DNA of 64,000 nucleotides from the NCBI GenBank assembly GCA_963707485.1, contig CAVPQS010000065.1, forward strand, positions 654 through 64,653, given 5' to 3'. Position numbers and translations under genes: made by a program. Origin of the DNA: an uncultured bacterium. Lineage in GTDB: Bacteria; Zixibacteria; MSB-5A5; CAIYYT01. Below the pieces are notes generated by a model. The model was given only the letters and a program-made list of their open reading frames with translations, did not search any database and had not been told where the DNA came from. Shown here piece by piece: positions 7,518 through 16,568 of the stretch (position 1 is the first letter of the stretch; every line of letters begins with the position of its first letter).

Positions 7518-10376
7518 TTAGAACATTAAGCGCAGGCCGAGACGGACCTGACGCGGCGTATCGTAACTGCCCGGATTATTCTGCTTGAAGGTGTACTTCG
7601 CAAGACCCTCTTCACCGTAGTTGTTAAGGAATTCTTGTCCGGGAGCAGTCGACAGCCAGCCGGTGTTATCAGCACGGCCAGTACCCTCGTAAACATCCAA
7701 TGCGTTCTCGGTGTCGAAAATATTGATTACCCAAAGGTAAACATCAAAAGTGAGACGAGCGAGCTCAAAGGCTTTGCTGGCCTTGAGATCGAGTCTATAG
7801 GTCCACGGGCCGGTCCGCGAGTTGATCTTTCCGATTGGGGTCGGGTTCGTTGACGCCAGCGAGATTTCATTATAAACCTCGACCGGAGTGTACGGAGTGC
7901 CCGATCCGGCGCGGAAGACGAAGTTGATACCGGCGTTTTCGAACGGGTGCATGTTGCCCAGCTTGGGACCCTGGCCGGCGCCGGCGCGAACGTCGACAAT
8001 AGCCGTGATTTTGTGCCGCTGATCGTAGTCGAGCGGCGAAATACGAATCGGGCGCTCGGAGTTAACCCAGGCAACGTTGCCCTGCGAAGTCGCATAGGAA
8101 CCGGTACCGGCAGCATACGAAAGCGAGTAATTCAACTCGGCTGCGACCGAACGGGTACGGCGCATTTTAAGGGCGAAATCCAGACCCTTGATGGTGCCGA
8201 AGTCGTGGTTGCGATAGGTCGCAAATGCGTTCGGCGAGGAGGGCTGGTTGATTACTTCGGTCTGGCCATTAACGTCTTTGTAGTAAGCTGTGACGTTAAG
8301 GCTCGTGAAGTCACCCAACTGGTGGGCGAGGCCGACTTCGTAAGCCGTCGTTTCTTCGGGCTCAAGATTCGGATTGCCGATAGGCGCGTAGTACGGGGCG
8401 TCCGCGACCATTCGTTCGAGGAAGCGAGTGCCAACGTAGAGGTACTGCAATTCCGGGCGCTGGAAGAACTTGCCGTAGTTCACATGGAATACGGTGCGGT
8501 CGGAGACCGGAAAACCAACGCCGAGACGCGGAGATACCTTCTGTTCGGCCTTTGCCGGTTCGAAATCGCCATCGTCGAGTTTTGTGGCATTGAGGATCTC
8601 TTCATTGGTGTGCGAACCCGGATCGGCCAGAATGTTTGTCGGGTCGAGCGGACGCTCTTCGTTTTTCAAGCGATCGGTATTAGCGTTCAGGTAGTCGTAA
8701 CGAATACCGGCATTAACCACCAGTCCTTCGAATTCGAACTTATCCTGAAGATAAACCGCGAACATATACGGCTTCTTGGCGCCGTCGGGACCGTCATCGA
8801 CATTGCTTTGGCCGGTCTTGTCGTAGCCAAAGAAGTTGGCATCACTCCAGGACGTGCGATCAAACTCGATGGGGTCGGTGATGGTAGTGTCGATTTTGGT
8901 CGGGTCAAGATGATCATAATAACGCAAGTTGTGGCGTTCGAATTCGGCGCCAAACTGCATTTCGTTATATTCGTTGACCTGGCTGGTCAGATCGAAGTTG
9001 ACGCCGACATAGGACGAACTGCGTTTGAGCACATCTTCCCAAACGTGGCCTTCGTCTGCGGCCGTAGCCGGATCGTCGCCGATCCAGAACAAGTTGGTGG
9101 GGTCGAAGTTCGGGTTGCCACCGGGACGGCTGTAACCAAGAATGTCATCCCAAATGGTTTCATCGCCGCGGAATCTCTTCGTCAGGTAGTAGGTACCGCC
9201 CAACTCAAAGAAGGTCTTTGGCGAGATGTTATTCGTCCACTTGCCGTAGTAGGAATAGTTCTCGTCGAGATAGCGCGGAGCATGGCTGCCATTGAAATAG
9301 TAGTTCATGCGGAACTCGCGCCACTCTTCGTAGCTGCCGAGAGTTCCAAAACGCAGCACGTTCTGTTTGTTCAGATCGTAACGCAGTTTGCCTTGCCAGC
9401 TCCAGCCGGACAAGTCGTTGTGCGGTAAAATTCCATCAGCAATCGCACGGGGTTGACGATCGCCGAGACGGCGGCGTTCCATCGATGCGAAAAAGCTGGC
9501 TTTATCGTTATTGGGAAGAATCGGACCGTCAAGGTTGAAGGCGAGGACATTGTAATTGAAGCGGCTGTCCGAACCCATGAACTCATCGGTTGATGCTTCA
9601 AAGGCGCCGGAATACTCCTTGGCGCCTTCTTTGGTGGTAACGTTGATTGCGCCGGAAGAAATCCAGCCGTATTCGGCGTTGAAACCGCCGGTCGAAATCG
9701 AGATTTCTTCGATAGCATTGTTATTGATGGCTGTTGTCGACATGTTGGTCAACGGATCCTGTTGAGAGAAACCGTCGACGAAATAGGCGACGTCACCCTG
9801 ACGACCGCCGCGGATGTTGAGCGCGGGCTGGTTGCTCTGCTCGCGACCGCCGCGGGTACCGACTGCGGAAGCTTCCACGTTTTCGGAATACGCGACGACA
9901 CCGGCGGACAGACCGACAACGTCGGTATAACCGCGGGTGGGAAGTTGCTGAATTTCGTCACCAGAGACGATTTTCAGCGACTTGGTTTGATCGAGGATGA
10001 TGAGGGGACGTTCAGCAATAACGACCTGAACTTCGCCAGTGAGAGATTTTGAGGATAATTGGAAATCTGCATTCGTGGTGAGATCGACCGAGACGCCAAG
10101 TCCCTGCAATTCCACCGGAGCATATCCAATTAGTTCTGCTTTCAGAGTGTATTGACCAACGGGGACGTTCAAGATAAAGAACTTTCCTTCGACGTCGGTT
10201 AACGCTCCCATTGTGGTGCCGACGATTGTCACCGCCACACCGGGAAGAGCGGATCCCGTTTCCTTGTCGGTGACTTTTCCGCTGATTTTGCCGACGGTAG
10301 CCGCCTGTGCAAAGACGCAGAGTGCCATGACGAGGATGAGGATCAGAGCTACTTTTGGTTTAAGATTCAAAACCAA
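7518..10376 (-). CDS. TonB-dependent receptor with N-terminal carboxypeptidase-regulatory-like (CarbD) domain
   Basis: 952 aa; signal peptide; CarbD motif GKVTDKETGSALPGVAVTIVGT...TDVEGKFFI; plug domain; C-terminal RLGLRLMF (terminal Phe). The start is TTG, preceded by AGGAGG. Confidence 0.85.
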   Translation of the reverse strand: MVLNLKPKVALILILVMALCVFAQAATVGKISGKVTDKETGSALPGVAVTIVGTTMGALTDVEGKFFILNVPVGQYTLKAELIGYAPVELQGLGVSVDLTTNADFQLSSKSLTGEVQVVIAERPLIILDQTKSLKIVSGDEIQQLPTRGYTDVVGLSAGVVAYSENVEASAVGTRGGREQSNQPALNIRGGRQGDVAYFVDGFSQQDPLTNMSTTAINNNAIEEISISTGGFNAEYGWISSGAINVTTKEGAKEYSGAFEASTDEFMGSDSRFNYNVLAFNLDGPILPNNDKASFFASMERRRLGDRQPRAIADGILPHNDLSGWSWQGKLRYDLNKQNVLRFGTLGSYEEWREFRMNYYFNGSHAPRYLDENYSYYGKWTNNISPKTFFELGGTYYLTKRFRGDETIWDDILGYSRPGGNPNFDPTNLFWIGDDPATAADEGHVWEDVLKRSSSYVGVNFDLTSQVNEYNEMQFGAEFERHNLRYYDHLDPTKIDTTITDPIEFDRTSWSDANFFGYDKTGQSNVDDGPDGAKKPYMFAVYLQDKFEFEGLVVNAGIRYDYLNANTDRLKNEERPLDPTNILADPGSHTNEEILNATKLDDGDFEPAKAEQKVSPRLGVGFPVSDRTVFHVNYGKFFQRPELQYLYVGTRFLERMVADAPYYAPIGNPNLEPEETTAYEVGLAHQLGDFTSLNVTAYYKDVNGQTEVINQPSSPNAFATYRNHDFGTIKGLDFALKMRRTRSVAAELNYSLSYAAGTGSYATSQGNVAWVNSERPIRISPLDYDQRHKITAIVDVRAGAGQGPKLGNMHPFENAGINFVFRAGSGTPYTPVEVYNEISLASTNPTPIGKINSRTGPWTYRLDLKASKAFELARLTFDVYLWVINIFDTENALDVYEGTGRADNTGWLSTAPGQEFLNNYGEEGLAKYTFKQNNPGSYDTPRQVRLGLRLMF

Positions 10377-10862
10377 ACCTCCTGTTAATGAATTGAATTC
10401 GTACGCAAAAGTGCGAAGTCGTTAAAGAACAGATTCAAATTCCTACCTCCTGTAGAAGTTGTGGGTTAATCACTTCAAAAACTTGAATTTCCTCCATCAC
10501 CAAGGACGCGGAAAACCGTACGCCGTGTATCCTTTTATCCGGTTAAGAACTGTCGCAAGAGCTAATGAGGAGGCGGCCAGCCGGAAATCCATTTTGCCTA
10601 ATTGCTTGCCGCACAATGAGATGTGTCTTGCTCCGTCGATCCTTGCCGGAGTAGGATAAAAGCTATGCTGATATCTTGATTTGAAAATTGTCTCGTCCAC
10701 GTTTAATGTCAACATAAAACTTTAGGCTAACTATAAGTCAGATCAGCGCTTTAGTGATTTGATCGACCATTTGGGGTAATTGCTTTAGCGGCTTTTGAAC
10801 AGATTTGTGAGATTTTTGAACAACGATGTGCGAAAAATGGAACGAAAATAGAGGCTAATTAG

Positions 10863-11525
10863 CTACAAAGTCGTGATTACGCCGAACACCTGTTCGATAG
10901 CGTTGGTGAGTTGGTAGAACGCTTTCGATTTATCGGTGGCTTTGCCGGTGAGTTGCTCGAGGCTGGTAACTGAATCAGGAGAGAATCCGCAGGGATTGAT
11001 TAGCTGGAAGTAGTTCAAGTCAGTATCGAGGTTCAGCGCCAAGCCATGATAGCTAACCCAACGTTTGACGGCGATGCCGATGGCGCAGATTTTTTTGTCA
11101 CCAACCCAGACACCGGTTTTTCCAGCGGCGCGGGTGCCGACGATGTCGTAGTTCTTCAGAAAAACGATGACGATTTCTTCGAGATTGCGCAAGAATTTGT
11201 GCAGGTCTCTTCCCCGCTGGTCGAGGTCGACTATCGGATAGATCACTTGCTGGCCGGGCCCGTGGAATGTGACGTCGCCGCCGCGTTCGACCTCGTATTT
11301 TTTTACGCCGCGTTGGGCAAGGATTTCGTCGGAGACCAGAACATTGGCGCTGCCGCCGCCGCGACCGATCGTGATGGTTGGCGAGTGCGTCGTGAAGATG
11401 AAAGTGTCGGGGGCTTCGCCGGCGATGCGTTTATCGACCATCTGCAATTGCAGTTGTCGGGTCTTGTCGTAGTCTGACAAGCCGAGGTCGAAGATGCGGG
11501 CTTTGGTGGTGGTGGTCATACTCAT
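10863..11525 (-). CDS. lipB: Lipoyl(octanoyl) transferase
   Basis: 220 aa with LipB motifs TITIGRGG, FHGPGQQVIYPI, ICAIGIAV, GLALN. Confidence 0.85.
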   Translation of the reverse strand: MSMTTTTKARIFDLGLSDYDKTRQLQLQMVDKRIAGEAPDTFIFTTHSPTITIGRGGGSANVLVSDEILAQRGVKKYEVERGGDVTFHGPGQQVIYPIVDLDQRGRDLHKFLRNLEEIVIVFLKNYDIVGTRAAGKTGVWVGDKKICAIGIAVKRWVSYHGLALNLDTDLNYFQLINPCGFSPDSVTSLEQLTGKATDKSKAFYQLTNAIEQVFGVITTL

Positions 11526-11592
11526 CTACTTCTCTTGCGCAATTCACTGCTGATTCGATAGCGGGTCGATGTTAGAGCGAACTTCAGAAATA

Positions 11593-12405
11593 TCAATCAT
11601 TTGCGAGTCGATCTCGATACGATTTGAGTTCGTCTTCGCTTAATTCGTTCGCGGCGACAAGTCGATACTGCCGTTCGGTACTGACCCTCAAGCCATCGAC
11701 AGTCATTTCAAACAAAAAAACAGCTATGAGGTCCTCTTGAACATACTGGGCGGCAACCGGCTTGCAGACAAGCGCGGGATATTTGGCAGCGCATAATTCG
11801 CAGTCTTGTTCAATCTGGACCACGCCAATTCTGTCCGAACGCCCTTTCGCTTGAACGGGCACAATGTAATGGACGCCTGACCTGTCAACTCCGACATACA
11901 TTTCATCCGTTTCAACCTGGCCGATACTCGCGACGGAAGTTCGGAGATGGCTTTGCAGTGAATAACAAGTAATGCCGAGAAAAATATCGATTAATCGATT
12001 GTACCTAAGTTTTGCAAGAAGACTCTGCTCGTCATTCAGAGCGTACTTGACGACGATGGCCGGCGTTGCGTCCGGGATCTTGGTCTCAGCGCGATTGGGG
12101 TCCGGACGAACATGGACGATTCGGTTCAGCTTAAATTCGTACCGAGCTCTTCCTGTCCCTCGAATTATCCACTCCCAGCCTTTTGGCGCTTTCTTTAGGA
12201 TCGAGGCAGGGAGATTGCTTCGATAGCGGAAGCTGTAAATTATGTCGCCAAGATTCTTGGGGAGCTTGATCTTGAGTCGCTTGGCAATCGCCTCTATTTC
12301 ATCCCGCGTAAATTCAATTGAGCTTGCGCCCTCTGAATAGTTGTCGAAGAAGAGTTTTTCGACAATTAGTGTATAGCGATTCTTACTAACATCTTGTGGC
12401 GACAT
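11593..12405 (-). CDS. Putative type II restriction endonuclease (cognate R subunit of the adjacent methyltransferase)
   Basis: 270 aa from ATG at 12405 (MSPQDVSKNRY...). The ATG lies 1 nt after the TAA of the upstream methyltransferase, which implies translational coupling. Possible PD-(D/E)xK-like segment VGVDRSGVHYIVPVQAKG. No confident family assignment. AT-richer than the flanking genes. Confidence 0.4.
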   Translation of the reverse strand: MSPQDVSKNRYTLIVEKLFFDNYSEGASSIEFTRDEIEAIAKRLKIKLPKNLGDIIYSFRYRSNLPASILKKAPKGWEWIIRGTGRARYEFKLNRIVHVRPDPNRAETKIPDATPAIVVKYALNDEQSLLAKLRYNRLIDIFLGITCYSLQSHLRTSVASIGQVETDEMYVGVDRSGVHYIVPVQAKGRSDRIGVVQIEQDCELCAAKYPALVCKPVAAQYVQEDLIAVFLFEMTVDGLRVSTERQYRLVAANELSEDELKSYRDRLAND

Positions 12406-12406
12406 T

Positions 12407-13753
12407 TTACCCCTTCCAAGAGAGTCGAATAACTTCTTCACGAAGCGACGATCTTGTTGCCGTTGCGGCGCGCATTCTGTAGAGGTCAATTCCGTCGACC
12501 TGGTACCCCAACTCAGAGGCAATTTCACCGAGCAACTCACCCGTTTTTATCATTACCTGAAGGTACGACGCCTGGTCGCCGACAACATAAGCCAGCTTTG
12601 CGCCGGGTCGCAGGGCTCTTCGGAGCTCCGCAAAATGACGGGTCATGCCCCCAAAATAAAGTTTGGTGACCCGAGCGTAGAGTTTTTCAAACCCAGATGT
12701 CTTTCCGAGTTTAAGTCTTCGTCTTTCGATTTCAGTCGCTATTGAGTCGATCTTGTCGTTTGTCGAGACCCAAAGATCGTCCTCGTCTTCTTTGTATGCT
12801 CCGCGAGTGTTAGACCTGAGCAGCCCCTTCTTCATAAGCCGTAGCTCAGCCTTGTTGTTGACAAACCCCAAAATGACGGACTCCAAACGAGTCGTTCGAG
12901 TATAGTCCTTTTCATTGGGGTAAGGCGGCGAAGTGATTACCGCGTCAACGCTGCCGGGTTCGATCAAATTGCCGATCTGCCGCGCGTCACCCTCGATAAC
13001 ACTCGCTTCAGGATAACTCTTACGCCTGAGCGCACATATGTCCGCAGCAACTCTCTCAATTTCCTGCAGCCAAGGACCCACAACTGGTGTATCCACTTTG
13101 ACCTTGCCCAAGCCCACTTCGGGCCCGAACCGCAAATTGCTATAGGAGAAAACCAGACACTTTGCGAATACAAGTCGGAGGTGCCCGTGAATTTGCTTTT
13201 CTTTTGTTGCGTCAATTAATTCAAGCAGAATTAATGCCTTGTGGAGTGGCAGTGGGCTGATCGAGTTTGTAATTAAGACCGCCAACTTGTCATCCGCTAC
13301 CGTTCTTAAATGACCCGACGGGGGTTGGCTCTTACAGTGTTTGCTATCCACAAAGCCGGAATCAGCAATTTTGCGTTCGGCGACGTCAGCGATTTCATGT
13401 GCGTGAGCAAGCAGCAGCTTCGGATCGACCGACCAGTCGAGCTTGACGTTAGAAGCGAATGCGGCGACGGGATTCGCTTCGACGCCGATTGCCTTCATTC
13501 CATTCAGCCTTGATTGGATTAGGGTGGTACCGGTGCCGCAAAACGGATCAAGCACAGTTGCTCCCTCTGGCAAAGCGAATAATTTGGTATACCGATCTAC
13601 AATTTCAGGGGGATAGGCAAGCACGAAACGATACCAATTGTGAATTGGATAGTCTGCAGGCAGCAATCCCGCATTGAACCGCTTCCGCCCGAAACTCTTT
13701 AACAATGAGTCGGGAGATTCGAGTGTCAAAAAATCATGTGACCAGTCAGCCAT
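12407..13753 (-). CDS. DNA methyltransferase (N4-cytosine or N6-adenine; motif I N-terminal, motif IV SPPY C-terminal)
   Basis: 448 aa; motif I VLDPFCGTGTTLIQSRLNGMKAIGVE; motif IV DAVITSPPYPNEKDY (SPPY is more typical of N4C MTases). Forms an R-M operon with the downstream ORF. Confidence 0.8.
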   Translation of the reverse strand: MADWSHDFLTLESPDSLLKSFGRKRFNAGLLPADYPIHNWYRFVLAYPPEIVDRYTKLFALPEGATVLDPFCGTGTTLIQSRLNGMKAIGVEANPVAAFASNVKLDWSVDPKLLLAHAHEIADVAERKIADSGFVDSKHCKSQPPSGHLRTVADDKLAVLITNSISPLPLHKALILLELIDATKEKQIHGHLRLVFAKCLVFSYSNLRFGPEVGLGKVKVDTPVVGPWLQEIERVAADICALRRKSYPEASVIEGDARQIGNLIEPGSVDAVITSPPYPNEKDYTRTTRLESVILGFVNNKAELRLMKKGLLRSNTRGAYKEDEDDLWVSTNDKIDSIATEIERRRLKLGKTSGFEKLYARVTKLYFGGMTRHFAELRRALRPGAKLAYVVGDQASYLQVMIKTGELLGEIASELGYQVDGIDLYRMRAATATRSSLREEVIRLSWKG

Positions 13754-13931
13754 TTATTCCAATCTGCAAGATTCCTGATAGGCACAACCAAGTGGAATCT
13801 CACCTGCGACACTATGAGCGGGGCGAGAATCCAATGTCAATCACTTTAGCAAAAGTCGCAATCGCTTTCCGACTGGACAACCAATCAAGAACCCCATCGT
13901 GGAAATCTCTTCAAATGGCTTCCTTCGATCA

Positions 13932-15215
13932 TTACAGCAGCAGCAATTCCGGTTCTTCGATGTAGCCGATCAGCTTGCGCAGGAACTGGACGGCGTAAGC
14001 GCCGTCGATCAGGCGATGATCGAAAGACAATCCGAAGTTCATCATGTCGCGGATGACGATCTGACCGTCGCGGACGACCGGACGTTTTTGGATTGCGTGA
14101 ATGCCGAGAATCGCGACTTGCGGCTGGCTGATGATCGGGGTCGAATTAAGCGCGCCGTAACCGCCGGCGTTGGTCAACGAGAAAGTGCCGTCTTCGATGT
14201 CGGCGGGCATCAGGCGATCGGCGCGTGCGCGGTCGCCGAGGTCTTTCATTTCCTTGGTGATCTGAATGATGCCTTTCTGGTCGGCAGCTTTGATGACCGG
14301 AACGATCAGCCCGGATTCGCGAGCGACGGCGATACCGATGTTGTAGTAGTGCTTGACGATGACTTTGTCGACGGTCATCGAGGAATTCATCAGCGGGAAA
14401 TCTTTCAGCGCTTTGCAAGCTGCAACGACTATGAAAGGCATGTAGGTTATGCGAATGCCGTGTTCTTTTTCGATGCGTTCGACGTTTTTGGTGCGGAACT
14501 CGACCAGGCGCGTGAAGTCGCATTCATCGAAAGTCGTTACATGCGGCGAAGTCTGTTTCGATTTGACCATGTGGTCGGAGATGAGCTTGCGAACGCGAGT
14601 GAGTGGAAATTCCTCGACGCGTTTGCTTGTGTCATATACCTGCTGGGGCGCAGCCGGCGCCGCAGCCGTTGTTCCGGCTGCTGCAGGAGTTGCAGCGCCG
14701 CCGGCGCCTTTGGAGGCGATAAATTCTTCGACGTCTTTTTGGGTCACGCGACCACCGCCGCCGGTACCGTGCAAGAGCGAGACATCAATGCCGTGTTCTT
14801 TGATCAGGCGGCGAACGACGGGAGATAATTTGACTGGACCCTCGGAGGCTACGGGTGCACTGACCGGCGCCGGAGCAGCGGGAGCAGCTTTGGCGGCAGT
14901 TGGTGCGGGTGCGGGTGTGGGTTTCGCAGCAGCGGCAGGAGCTGGAGCGGATTCGACAGCAGCGCCGGCTTTCTCGCCCGGGGCGCCGATGACGGCGATT
15001 TCCCTTCCGACAGGAACGATATCGCCGACATTGGCTTTGATTTCGAGTAAGACGCCGTCAGCCTCGGCGGGCACCGAGACATTGACTTTGTCGGTCAGTA
15101 ATTCGACGATCGGTTGATCTTTCTTGATTGTGTCGCCGACTTTGACAAACCACTGATTAATTGTGCCTTCGACGACTGATTCCCCCATTACGGGGACTTT
15201 CATGATATAAGCCAT
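13932..15215 (-). CDS. Dihydrolipoamide acyltransferase, E2 component of a 2-oxoacid dehydrogenase complex
   Basis: 427 aa; N-terminal lipoyl domain (VVEGTINQWFVKVGD...LLTDKV), Ala/Pro-rich linkers, peripheral subunit-binding domain, catalytic domain ending DHRLIDGA. Confidence 0.85.
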   Translation of the reverse strand: MAYIMKVPVMGESVVEGTINQWFVKVGDTIKKDQPIVELLTDKVNVSVPAEADGVLLEIKANVGDIVPVGREIAVIGAPGEKAGAAVESAPAPAAAAKPTPAPAPTAAKAAPAAPAPVSAPVASEGPVKLSPVVRRLIKEHGIDVSLLHGTGGGGRVTQKDVEEFIASKGAGGAATPAAAGTTAAAPAAPQQVYDTSKRVEEFPLTRVRKLISDHMVKSKQTSPHVTTFDECDFTRLVEFRTKNVERIEKEHGIRITYMPFIVVAACKALKDFPLMNSSMTVDKVIVKHYYNIGIAVARESGLIVPVIKAADQKGIIQITKEMKDLGDRARADRLMPADIEDGTFSLTNAGGYGALNSTPIISQPQVAILGIHAIQKRPVVRDGQIVIRDMMNFGLSFDHRLIDGAYAVQFLRKLIGYIEEPELLLL

Positions 15216-15332
15216 TATCCAGACTCCTTAAAATCGGAAACTTTTTCGAATCGTAACGGTGTCGAATCCCCGCGGAGTTGTTTGATTTGGACGCGATCGG
15301 CAAGGAGGGGTTTCGACTTCCACTATTTTCAA

Positions 15333-15347
15333 CCGGACACTGTCCGG
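15333..15347 (-). terminator. Candidate hairpin downstream of nadA (weak U-tract)
   Basis: Perfect palindrome ccggacactgtccgg. On the minus strand it is followed by TTGAAAAT, only partially U-rich, 25 nt after the nadA stop. Confidence 0.3.
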
Positions 15348-15371
15348 GAATAAAATGCGATAATAACAACA

Positions 15372-16463
15372 TTAGCCGGTGATCGCAAGCATTCTTTCCA
15401 AAGCAATGCGAGCGTGAACTTTAATGTCATCGTCGACCGACATTGGTTTAATTGTCTCAATGTTATCAAGCGTGTATGCCAGATCGTTGAGAGTCGTGCG
15501 ATACATGTTTACACACATGGCACAGGTGTTCCCTGCCAGTTCGAGGATTTTTTTGTCCGGGTGCATGTGTGATAGCCGATCGACAAGATTCAATTCAGTG
15601 CCAACCGCGATGACGCTCCCTGCCGGTTGCTCGGCGACGAATTTCACGATGTGGCTGGTGGAACCGACTGAGTCGGCCATCGCGACCAATTCTTCGGTGC
15701 ATTCCGGATGAACGACAATTTTGATGCCGGGATAGTCCTTGCGCATTTGTTCGATATGGTGCGGCCGGAACACCGAGTGGACGTGGCAGTAGCCCTTCCA
15801 GAGAATCACCTTGGCCCGCGTCAAGGCTTCGACATCGCGTTTGGCGGGATTGGCATTGAAATCCCAGACGAACATTTCGTCTTTCTTGATGCCGTATTTG
15901 TTGGCGGTGTTTCTGCCGAGATGTTCATCGGGAAAGAAGAAGATTCTATCACCGCGATAGAAAGCCCATTCGAAGGCCTTGTGCGCATTCGAAGACGTGC
16001 AAATCACGCCGTCGTTCTTGCCGCAGAATGCTTTGAGGTCGGCGGCAGAATTCATATAAGAAATCGGAATGATCTTTGAGCCGGGCAAGTGATGCTGCAA
16101 CTCGTCCCAGGCGGCAAAAACGGAATCGATCGCGGCCATATCAGCCATCGGACAACCGGCCAGCGGATTGGGGAGGTAAACTTTCTGGTCGGGACGCGCG
16201 AGGATGACGGCGCTTTCCGCCATAAAATGCACGCCGCAGAAGACGATGTATTCGGCTTCAAGGTCAGCGCCGATCTTGCAGAGCGCATACGAGTCGCCCT
16301 GATAATCGCCGAATTCAACGACGCCGAGGCGTTGATAGTGGTGAGTGAGAATGACCAGATTTTTGCCATGCTCAAGCTTTTTGGCTTTGATCCGCTCGCG
16401 CAATTCCGCGTCGGGCATGGCGCGATAGTTGTCGGGAGTTCTGGTGTAGGCGGCGGGCATCAT
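15372..16463 (-). CDS. nadA: Quinolinate synthase A
   Basis: 363 aa; NadA motifs FCGVHFMAE and HPEC, plus Cys ligands for the 4Fe-4S cluster. Confidence 0.9.
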   Translation of the reverse strand: MMPAAYTRTPDNYRAMPDAELRERIKAKKLEHGKNLVILTHHYQRLGVVEFGDYQGDSYALCKIGADLEAEYIVFCGVHFMAESAVILARPDQKVYLPNPLAGCPMADMAAIDSVFAAWDELQHHLPGSKIIPISYMNSAADLKAFCGKNDGVICTSSNAHKAFEWAFYRGDRIFFFPDEHLGRNTANKYGIKKDEMFVWDFNANPAKRDVEALTRAKVILWKGYCHVHSVFRPHHIEQMRKDYPGIKIVVHPECTEELVAMADSVGSTSHIVKFVAEQPAGSVIAVGTELNLVDRLSHMHPDKKILELAGNTCAMCVNMYRTTLNDLAYTLDNIETIKPMSVDDDIKVHARIALERMLAITG

Positions 16464-16568
16464 ATCGAGTTGGTCCTTCTCGCCGGCAAAACGACGGCCT
16501 CAAATAACATCACAACACGTACGAGTGCCAATTGAGTCATCTTTGAAAAATCGCAGGCGGTTCGGCAG

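Noticed and set aside
10377-10862. Riboswitch upstream of the TonB-dependent receptor (cobalamin/TPP considered)
   Set aside because: No B12-box (GCCACTG-like) or TPP CTGAGA core was found on the transcribed strand. Only the duplicated Shine-Dalgarno/upstream-ORF feature was seen.
14146-15117. ORFs 14146..14523 (-) and 14449..15117 (+) inside the E2 gene
   Set aside because: They are alternative frames through the Ala/Pro-rich linker region of the E2 acyltransferase. Their composition is low-complexity.
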